A stretch of DNA of 64,000 nucleotides from Intoshia linei (lineage: Eukaryota; Animalia; Orthonectida). Made by a program: the position numbers and the translations under genes. A model generated the notes under the pieces. It ran no database searches. It was not told the origin of the DNA and saw only the letters and a list, made by a program, of their open reading frames with translations. Where the stretch lies: the NCBI GenBank assembly GCA_001642005.1, contig LWCA01000019.1, forward strand, positions 17,563-81,562, read 5' to 3'. Of the stretch, positions 46,213-64,000 are shown piece by piece. Numbering within the stretch: position 1 is the stretch's first letter; each line of letters starts with the position of its first letter.

Positions 46213-46750
46213 CTAGCTTGACTAGTCGACTGTTATCCACTTTGTGCAGACAGCAGCTAGCTCTACCGCGGGTAAACTTTTTTATTCAACCATTTTATAC
46301 TAAACATCGACTTTTACCAACCTTAAAGGGAAAAATCCCAATTTTCCCATAAAGGTTGGTAAAATTTGGATTTTTCCTTTTAAAAGTTGTTAAAACTTAA
46401 TTTTTTTTTTTAGTGTTGATAAATTTTGATTTTTAATAAAAATGGTTAGATTTAAGTAAAACCCTTTTTAATTCTACCAAAAAAATTAATTCAATAAAAT
46501 CTTACTTAAAAATGCTACTCTTAGATATTAAAAATCCTTTAAAGGAGTGGTTATCAAACTTGTTTCATCATGACCGATTATTCCACATTATCTTTTAATT
46601 TAAAGTCAATTATTCCCACTAAATTTATTTTGTTAACACTTGTGTAAAGAATTTTAAAGACAATTTTGTGATCCAATTTTTTAATTCATTACAGAGGATG
46701 AGTGTATATTATACACTGTATAATCTTAAAAGTAAAATAAAAACAACCAA
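46213..46750 (-). mobile_element. Helitron-family 3' part with internal inverted repeat
   Basis: CTAG termini at 46213 and 46222, the family hairpin, then a block shared with 62810-63080. Confidence 0.65.
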
Positions 46751-46864
46751 TTCTTCTATTTTGACTAATAATTAGTTTAAATGGTTCTATTTTCATTTAT
46801 AAATTTCAACATTTTACAAGTAAAAATAGTTTTTCAATTGAACTTTATTAGAATTATCGCTCAA

Positions 46865-49071
46865 ATGGTAAATTTATAATTTTAAAAGGATATAGTAATA
46901 TTAAATGTAGTCTCGTCGATATGATTCAAAAACTACTATTTTTTCTCCAGAAGGTAATTTATTTCTATTATAATTTGTTTAATTGATTTTTTTTAATTAA
47001 TGTTTATTCCACTGTTTCTCAACCCAAATAGGTTGTGTGTTACGATTAGTGAAAAATTTATGATTATTTAACGAAATCTGTGAAAATATTCAAGATGTAT
47101 TATCACAGGAATATGCCATGTACGTGACAAAAATTGGAATTTTCAGCTTGCATTTTGTCAATTTTTAAAGTTTCTAAAATCGATAATAATGTAAAAATTT
47201 TAGTTACATTTTTTTCATATTTTTACAGACAATTTCTTTGTGTTACATTTACTACTGTTTTAGAGAATAATCATTTTATAGTATTTTTCCATGGCTTGTA
47301 AATAACTTGACTGTAACTTCGATAAACTTTCCATGATTTTAACTTTTTTCTTGTAAAAATTAGATTCAAGATTTTATCTCTACACTATATATTACACTAG
47401 ATGTGTAGCACAATAATGATTTTTCATCTTATGCATTTTATATTTTTATTATATAAACATTATAGGACGACTTTACCAAGTTGAATATGCTATGGAGGCC
47501 ATTAATGAGGCTGGGTTATGTGTAGGGATTACCACACCTGATGGAATATTAATAGGAGCTGAACAATTGTTTAACAATCCCATGTTGGATATTAAAACTC
47601 ATAAAGAAAAAATTTATCGACTCAATAAGTAATTACTAATTACCATGTTGCTTTATTTTTTGTTGAAAAAGGAAATTTGATAGTTACACTTTTTTTCGGG
47701 TATCATTATAATAATAACCTGAACAAACGTACACAAATTTGAATTTGTTTTAAGATAGACCGTATAATGGTTCATACATTATTTTTTCAATTTAGAAACA
47801 TTATTTGTGGTGTCGCCGGAATCACATCTGATGCCAGTTTGCTTATTAATAAATTCAGAATGGTTGGACAACAGTAATATTTAAATTTTATTTTTATTAT
47901 TATGGAAAGTAAAGTGTATGTTTAAAATCTCAAATTTTTCAATTATTTTATAAGACTAATTTTCAGTTTGGTCACCAAAACTGTTTATTTTTTGACTAGG
48001 AAATTGTGGAGGAAAATAATTTCTAAATGTCACTAAAATTTATTGTAATGGTATTTTTTATTAAGTTTCTTAATAACTTGCTTTATTTATGAATGTATGT
48101 CATTCTTATATTTTTATTATTTTATATATACAATTAGATATGAACTGGCACATCAAGAACCTATTCCCGTTGAACAACTTGTTCGTATTGGTAGTGATCA
48201 GATGCATGCTTATACTCAATTTGGAGGTTTGAAACTTGTATTTTTTCTTATTTGATAAAACAAAAAACATTATATTAGGGTACCGTCCTTTCGGAGTTTC
48301 TTTCTTAATAGCTGGCTGGGATGATGAATATAAATATCAATTATATCAAAATGATCCTAGTGGTAATTATTCTGGTATGAAAGCAACTTCTATTGGTAGA
48401 GATTCACCGGTATTTTTTGTTTTTGTATAATTGTAACCAGTCATCAAACTTTCATCAACATTTTCTATATCTTCTTTCTATTTCTATATTCCTATAAAAA
48501 TTTTTATGTATTTTATTTGAATCTTTTGAATCTCACGGACCCCAAAGGGTACAGTTAGACTTAAATCAAGAGTCGTCAATACAATTTTGAATTTACCTCT
48601 AAATTTTAGAATAAAATGTATTTTTTGGTAAATATTGTATAGAATTCCCTATTTATCGAATATTTAAACGCCGCGTGTAGGAACGACAATTTTTTAAAAA
48701 AATGCCTCAATATATTTCTATTTAGATGGTCATGACTGCACTAAAGGAAGAATATAACTATAAAGATATGAACCTGGAAAAGGCAAAAAAAATGATTATT
48801 AAACTTCTAATGAAACCTCAAGAAATTAACAAAGTTACAGTAGACATGTGTAATATTTTACTTTTTTTAGTCATAAATGTTATTTTTGAATTTCATTTTA
48901 GTCGAAATTGCATACCTAAAAAAAGATGAAGATGGAATTAGCATTTCATATTTTGATAAAGAAGTAATTCAAGGTTTGATTGATGAACACAAAGACTATT
49001 TGCTACTTTTGAAGGCCGAACAAGAACAGAAAGAAAAGGAAAGACAAAGAAATACAGCATCCAAAAAATAA
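46865..49071 (+). CDS. PSMA4: 20S proteasome subunit alpha type-4 (alpha3)
   Basis: M|[15 protein letters not shown]|[35 protein letters not shown]|[19 protein letters not shown], and a charged C-terminal tail. Confidence 0.95.
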
Positions 49072-49488
49072 ATGTTTCTTTCATTATATTAATTACACTC
49101 AGAATGTTACTATTGATCAACAAAGATCTTAAATTAAAATTATTGAAACAAATCAAATGAAAATTTCATATTTATTATGAATAATCTTTTATGCTCAAGA
49201 TTATAAAGACAAATTTTAAATTTATTTGTTATATTCAAACTTGACATGAGTAGCAAATTGTAATGACTGTCTCCATTCATCAGTCTCGATTTGAGACTCA
49301 AAATATACATTCACAATGTAATTCAATACATAATCGAAATATGAGTTACGTTTCGTCATGAATACCAAATAAATAAAATTAATTTCTTAGAAACCAATTT
49401 TTGCTATGATACAGCAAAATATTTTTATTTATTAGTGTTGCCAGAAATTTAATATCGTTTTTTTGACATTCTATAATATATTTAATCA

Positions 49489-51093
49489 ATGGTAAAAAAT
49501 TATTTTTGATTTTTTTGTATTGTAAAATTAGGCACTATCACGTATATACATTGGAAAAATCCCTCACGATACTACAGAAAGAGATATTGAGAACATGTTT
49601 AAAGATTATGGTAGAATTAAAGACATTGCTATCAAATCTGGATTTTGTTTTGTTGATTATAACGATCACCGTGACGCTGAAGATGCTGTAAGAGAATGCG
49701 ATGGTCGTAGATTCATGGGAGAAAGGTACACTTTTGATAATTTTGACTACGTTTACATTACAATTCAGAATTCGAGTTGAGGTAGCTAGAGGCACTCCAC
49801 ATGGAATGGATTACCAAAAAGACTTGGAAAGGGGAGTTCGAGTATCTCCCGAGAAAAGGAACAGTGGTGGTGGGAGCTATGGTCACAATAATTACCATAA
49901 TAATAACAATTATCACCACCGAGACAATTACCGAGGCGGTGGTGGTGGTGGTGGTGGTGGTTTTCGAGGTGGCTTTAGAAATGAATATAAACGCAGAGCT
50001 CCAGCTCCCAAATATGGTAATAGGATGATTGTTCGAAATTTATCTACACGTGTCAGCTGGCAGGTACTATTTCATAAACATTACAACTATTAACACCACG
50101 TTAAACTAACGTAACTAAAATTATATATTAGTACAAGATTCAATATTAGTTGTCGATATACGATCAATATTGGTCAATTTGACGTTTACTCTGAACAAGG
50201 CCATTTTGTTATATCACGACTGGCATAATGGTCAATTTGTTATCAGTGGTCGACTTAATATTTGTTGTCTAAATCAATTTTTCAATAAGTTTTCGTAATT
50301 TTTGGTGGAATTTGTCAATGTGATTGCGTTCTAACGTAAACCCTTATTTCAACGTCTTTCAATGTACCGATAATCGATATTAGGTTTGATTAGTTTCGAT
50401 ATTAAAGTAAAATATTCCCTATAAAAAGTTTTAAATTTAATGTTGTTATTTTTGTTAATGTGTAATTAATTATATTTTAGGATTTGAAAGATTTTATGAG
50501 AAAGTATGGAGAAATTATTTTTGCCGATGCACATAGACATCGTGAACGAGAAGGGTAATTATCTCATTTTATTTGATATCTTTAATTTTAGAGTTGTCGA
50601 ATTCGCTTCACATAGTGACATGAAGGCTGCTATTAAAGAACTTGATGGTTATGAAATGAATGGCCGATCTTTACAGTTGGAACCCTATGAAGTGTAATTT
50701 TTCAGTTTTTTAATACTTTGGTTATTTCTTGGTATACAATAGTGGTGATGTGCTTCTTTTTGTATATTTCAATTTAAAGTTTTCACTGGGCCTAGGGTTA
50801 TTATTTTATTATGATTTGGTTATATTATTATATTTAGTTCCAGAAGTAAAAGTCGTAGTAGAAGCTACAGTGCACGAAAGAGATCTTATTCACGATCACG
50901 TAGCCATTCGAAATCTCACTCTAAGAGTCGAAGCCGTTCCCGAAGTGCTCATAGAAGTATTAGTAGACGTGGCAGTAGAAACGGTTATAAAAATGGAAAT
51001 AGTTTATCGAAATCACCCAGAGACTCTTTCGATAGAGATGATCGAGATGAAAAACCTTGTGAAAAATCTTACAGTAAATCTGACAATGAATAA
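49489..51093 (+). CDS. SRSF4/5/6: SR splicing factor of the SRSF4/5/6 (B52/SRp55) family
   Basis: M|ALSRIYIG..RRM1 (GFCFVDY..RDAEDAV), a Gly/His/Asn linker, pseudo-RRM NLSTRVSWQ|DLKDFMR, and an RS-domain exon 50838-51093. Confidence 0.93.
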
Positions 51094-51326
51094 ACTGTTC
51101 AGTTGTATCTAATTTTAACTATTAAAGTGTCATTGTATATTTTCAATTATAAACGTTAATTTATGATATTTTAAACGTATTGTTAAATTTTCCAACCGTT
51201 TCACATTTAAAAATTTATTTACACTACTTCATTAAAAAATTATTTAAATTCATTTCATATCGAATAACTAACGTTGTGTAAAGGGATTTTTTCATTACTA
51301 TGGTCAAAATTTTACACAATAAATAA

Positions 51327-58727
<7,401 letters not shown>

Positions 58728-58861
58728 ACTTAACAAAAATGTAATATTTGTAGAATAAAAATATATTGACATTACACACTATTTGAATTTTAAATTTCAT
58801 TTTATACTTTAATGTTTTATATTTATTATAAAGGAGACTTTGTTTGAAATTTTAATTTATA

Positions 58862-61396
58862 ATGAGTACAAAAACAATATTAGATCCTGTACCCAAAACC
58901 CAATTAAAACGAAAATTGGGTTTGTTTTCTGGGGTGTGTGTGATTGTGGGTATTTTAATTGGTTCTGGTATTTTTATTAGTCCAGTTAATATGCTAGTTG
59001 GAACGAAAAATATTGGAGCGTCTCTTATTCTATGGATTGTATGCGGTTTAATTTCTCTGATTGGATCTATATGTTTTGCTGAATTGGGTTGTTATTTTAA
59101 GGAATCTGGAGCTTTGTATATTTATATTAAAAATGGGTGCAATGATTTTTGGGGGTTTCATGTTCTCTGGTGCACCATGATCATACTTTATCCTGCTACG
59201 ATTGCTACTATTGCTATTACCGCCTCAAACAATTTCATCCAACTGGCTAATATAGGATGCAATCAAAAACCTAATCATTTGGCTGTGATTTTGTTGTCTA
59301 TTACTATTATAGGTTTATTTTTATATTATTTTTATTTACATGTTAATAACTTTAATTTTTAGGGTTAGTCACATCATTCAATGTCATTAGCGTTAGGTTT
59401 TCCATGTTTGTCCAAAACTTTTTAACGATTGTAAAGGTTTCTATATTATTTGTCATTATAGGAATTGGATTTTACAATATATCAATAGGTAAATGAAAAT
59501 TATTTTAAAATATTATTTTTTGACCTTTACACACGATATTTTAACAAATGTAATTATTTTGCATATTAATATGCATGTTAATTAATATAATTTGGCGAGA
59601 TTTTAAATTATAATTATTGTTAAGATGAAATGATACATTAAATACTCTAATTTTATTTTACCACTATAGGTAAAACTCAAAATTTAAGCACATCATTTGA
59701 TGGAATTACTACAAGTATAAGTGGAGATTATGTCAGTGCTCTTTATAATGGACTTTTCGCTTATGCTGGTTGGTATTCACTCAATTTTATGACGGAAGAA
59801 CTGATTAATCCATACGTGTTTGTTTATAATATCAATATATAAATTATAATTTGTCATAAATGTTATTCTGGCGAACATTCAAGTTGAGCGATGTATTGTT
59901 AGAGCGAAATAATCACTGATTTTGCTAATTAATCATATTATTGATTTTTTGACCAAAATTTGGTAGGATTAAAAAAATTAAAATAATAATTTAAATTTAA
60001 TTATTTGAAGATAACTTTTGTCCCAAGATTCGATAGGGGTTTTTGGAGGAAACATTTTTTAAATATTTTCATAATTTTTGCACTAATATTTTGTAGTGTT
60101 TTTAGGGATCTTCAAAATATTTAAAAATTAGGTAAGCTTTAAGATGTATCGCTCTAGAGAATGGACATCGATATTTTGGTTCTGGTTTTGATCTAAGAAA
60201 TTGAATTTATACTACTGTTTTGCAACATGGCCTGAAGTGTAAAGCAGCACCATCCAAGTTATGTCTTTGGATGAAATTTTAATTTAAGTACTTCAGACCG
60301 TATTAATAAGTATTTTATGTCGTTTTTAGTATTATTTAGAAATTTGAGACGTTCGATATACATTGCTTTGCCATTTGTGACTATAATTTACTTTTTCACT
60401 AATTTTGCCTATTTTACTGAATTATCCTATGAAGAAATGATAAATTCAAACGCTGTTGCAATAGTAATTTATTATTAATACATTTTTTGATTATAATTAA
60501 AACTATTTAGTCGTTTGCTTACAAGTTTAATAAAATATTTTCTTATAGTATTCCGTTTTTTGTTGGTTGTTCAACATTCGGTGGTTTAAATGGAGCCTTG
60601 TTGAGTGTTCCAAGGTAATTAAAATTTAATTGAAATTTTTTGAAATTATCAAATATCATGTACGACATTCTTTGGTACAAAACAATTTAATTTTACAATT
60701 TAGAATGTGCTATGTCGCTGGACGAAAAGGCGATTTACCACAAATATTTTCATTGGTTCATTCTACCAATACACCAGGATTCTCTGTTATTTTCATTGGA
60801 ATTGTATCTTGTTGTTTTTTATTCACCGAAAGTGTAGATTCACTGGTTGTCGCATTTACTTTTGTTGAATCAGCAGCAATTTTAATATGTGTTATGGTTC
60901 TAATTCACATTAGACGTAATTCAAAAGCTACAACACAAATTCGTGTAATTTATAAAAAATCTTTACACTTTTATATTATATATTATTTATTTCATCGGTT
61001 CAAATTTTGAAAGATAAAATAATTTATGTTTATAAATTTATTAAAACGAATATACTAAAATTGAGTCTAATATTTAGACTAAATTCATGAAACTGTTGTT
61101 TATATTAATTTTATAATTAGGTGCACATATCAATTATATACATTTTCTTTGTGCTTCAATTAATTATAGTACTGTTGGCTTTAGTTTATGAACCTTATTT
61201 ATCGATGATTGCCTTAATTGCATTTGCATCCGGAATTCCATTATACTATTTTTTTATATATAAAAAAAAGAATCAGACAATATTTAACAAATTTTTACGT
61301 TTATTTTATTTATCAATATTGATTTATTTTTTAGTTAAATTTACTGTAAAGTATCAAAAATTATTTATCGCTGTACCAGGCATTATGACGGATTAA
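58862..61396 (+). CDS. SLC7 L-type amino acid transporter light chain (LAT/y+LAT/b0,+AT family)
   Basis: LKRKLGLFSGVCVIVGILIGSGIFISP, CFAELG..ESG, ALYNGLFAYAGWYSLNFMTEELINP, VGCSTFGGLNG, YVAGRKGDLP, SGIPLYY. Spliced across GT-AG introns. Confidence 0.93.
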
Positions 61397-61980
61397 AATT
61401 ATTAGTTATGTAATTTAATTTTATAATTAAAACTTTTTTGCAGTTTATTATTGGATGTGAACTAGAATTTCAGTTCAAGAATTATAAAATATATAATGGC
61501 TCTTTGTTTTAATTCTATACATATCATTTAAGCATGATAAATACAAGATTCCAAGGGTTTAATCAAAACATGTAATTATTGAGAATTCATATTTCTTTGT
61601 TTCAGCAAAATTATACAAAGCTGTAACAATATATAATTTGTGGTTAATATTTTATCTAACAGAGATAAAAATGATTTGAGTTACAACCTTGATTTATAAA
61701 AAAATTTTAATCACTGTCAATATTTAGTTTATAGAAAAATTTTTTAAATGTCAAAGTTATCAAGTGAGAACGAGTTATTTGTATCAGAATTGATATTTTT
61801 GAATTCCGTGTTGATGGGTAGTATTTGTATCAGAAAAATACAAATTGTATCAGAACATTGAAAAGACATTCATTTCAATTTGAAATTTAAAATCTCAAAA
61901 CTGAATTTTAACCATCTATTTTATATTTTTATGTTTTATATTTATTATAAAGGTTACTTTGTTTGAAATTTTAATTTACA

Positions 61981-62608
61981 ATGAGTACAAAAACAATATT
62001 AGATCCTGTACTCAAAATTCAATTAAAACCAAGATTGGGTTTGTTTTCTGAGGTGTGTGTTATTGTGGGCGTTTTGATTGGATCTAGTATTTTCATTAGT
62101 CCAGTGACTATGCTGCTTGGAACAAGAAAAATTGGAGCGTCTTTTTTTTGTGTGGATCATATGCGGTCTTATTTCATTGATTGGGTCCATGTGTTTTGCT
62201 GAATTTGGGTATTATTTTAAGGAATCTGGAGCTTTGTATGTTTATATTAAAAATGGATGCAATGATTTTTGGGGTTTTCATGTTCTCTGGTGCACCATGA
62301 TTATACTTTATCCAGCTACGTTTGCTACTATTGCTATTACCGCCTCAAATAATTTCATTCAATTGGCTTATATTGGATGCAATCAAAAACCAAACCATTT
62401 TACCGTGGTTTTGATGTCTATTGCCATTATAGGTATATTTTTAACAAATTATAAATAAATTGCAATAAATTTAAGCATTTAGGTTTAGTGACACTTTGCA
62501 ATGTCATTAGTGTCCGATTTTCAATTTTTAATTAAAATTTTTTAACAATTGTCAAGGTGAGCATATTATTCATGATTATTGCAATTGGATTTTACAATAT
62601 ATCGATAG
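61981..62608 (+). pseudogene. Tandem duplicate of the SLC7 gene (exons 1-2), pseudogenised
   Basis: High identity to 58862-59488. +1 frameshift in the T run at 62142-62149 and CAA>TAA at 62533-62535. Also IGSG>IGSS and SG>SE changes in TM1. Confidence 0.88.
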
Positions 62609-62753
62609 GTATTTAAAAATTTATTTTTTGATCTCTACGAGACAAATCTGCAGTTGATTTAATATTTTACACTAGCTTGGCTGTTATCTACTTGGTACAA
62701 ACAGCAGCTATGTAATTATGTTACTAGTACTATGTAATTATATTATATATTAA

Positions 62754-64000
62754 CCAGGTTGACTGTTATGTACTACGTACAAACAGCACCTAGCTTTGTA
62801 GAGGGCACATTTTTATTCTACCAAAAAATGAATTCACGTTGAAAATCTAACTTACAAATCCTACTATTCACTATTATCAATCGTTTAAATGAGTGGTTGT
62901 CAAACTTGTATCAGGTAGAACCGTCATATCACATTACTTTTTACTTTAAAGTGAAATATTCCATCTTAATTTTGATTTGTTAACATTTGCGTACAGAATT
63001 TTAAAAACAATTTTTATCCCATTTTTTTAATTTATTAGACGGAATGTGTGTATAATATTAAAAATAAAGTAAAAACAATCCAATCTTAAAAATTGTCATA
63101 AATAGCATAAATTCCAGAAAAATAAAATTATAAAAATCTATTTTGTCATTTTTAATGTAATAATATATAGTCAGTACCAATTTAATAAATATTTAAAGTG
63201 CTGATTTTGTTAATTATAATAATATATAATAAGCACTTTATAAACATATTTCGGGTGAATTTTACCAATATTGCAAAGGATTGTAATAAATATAGAAATG
63301 ATGATAACAAAGTTGTATTACTTTTAGTTTCGTTGTTGTAGTTTAAGTTGATTAATTTGAACATTATGTTTTAAAAATGAGAATATGAGATTGAAAAATT
63401 GCGAAGGAATGAATTATATAGACTTTCACCCATATTTCTTTATTGGAAATGTTTAGACGTTTCATGCACATTTTTTTTGAAATTGGATCAATATTTACAT
63501 TTTCAATTTTTATTTTAATCGAAATATTTGAAAGATATTGGTTGATAATATATTAAAAATTGTTTTTCACCGGGAATGCGTAGATTTCTGGAGTTGAAAT
63601 TTTGTATTTATATCGGCTGGAATAAGCTCTATCAGAATAATTTTTTTTTTAATTTTGGGACTATTCATTATTTCACATTTTTTGTTTTAATAAAAATTTC
63701 GGAAAAAAATATACTAATACTAAAATGCTTTTTTTACCGTGAAGGCGTCACTTATTCAGATTTAAATTTTTTGTGTGTGTTACATTGCTGGATACAACTG
63801 CACCACCTGTAAAATGTTTTAAATTATAGGGCTGTTTTCATTAACAAAATATGGTAATTTGTGGTTTTAATATATATATATATATAATTGATATATTTTT
63901 TTAAATTTATGATAATATTTATGATTTTAAAGTCCCTATCAGAGTATATATTTTTTAAATTCTCGAACTCGTTTGATTTTCAAAAAAAGGACAATTGGGC
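62754..64000 (-). mobile_element. Long Helitron-family copy (runs off window end)
   Basis: 3' end A|CCAG (CTGG on minus) plus hairpin, an internal ~700-bp extra block, then the core shared with 24032-24521. Confidence 0.85.

Noticed and set aside
49935-49961. (GGT)n microsatellite
   Set aside because: It encodes the poly-Gly linker of the SR protein.
50729-51112. 127-aa Val-rich ORF
   Set aside because: Off-frame reading of the RS-domain exon plus intron.

Overview
This is very AT-rich eukaryotic (animal) genomic DNA, not prokaryotic. It is gene-dense, with GT-AG introns of two sizes: about 36-60 nt, or 0.3-2.3 kb and filled with transposons. Manual splicing recovers these genes: FAM184-like (-, runs off the left edge), a divergent Rab5-family GTPase (+), CFAP45 (+), a disrupted MINPP1-like phosphatase (-), a full TRPM2 channel with a NUDT9-homology domain (-), and an intronless divergent class-A GPCR (+). 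A tight co-oriented run follows: ATG3, PSMA4, SRSF4/5/6, POLD1, an SLC7 amino-acid transporter, and a pseudogenised tandem copy of the transporter (all +). Introns and intergenic DNA hold a non-autonomous Helitron family, hAT-, piggyBac- and pogo-type MITEs, foldback repeats and decayed transposase relics. The gene set (ciliary CFAP45, TRPM2, GPCR) and compact architecture suggest a reduced, fast-evolving invertebrate such as an orthonectid; this is inference only. Four observations stand out. (1) TRPM2 has an apparently dead ADPRase (Nudix) domain but keeps the ancestral YGELFLDE pore filter. (2) The SR-protein gene has a motif-rich candidate poison-exon intron. (3) An ATG3 intron contains an unexplained GC-rich three-way-junction structure. 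(4) The gene packing is operon-like. No rRNA, tRNA or CRISPR was seen. All homology calls come from recalled motifs, not database searches.
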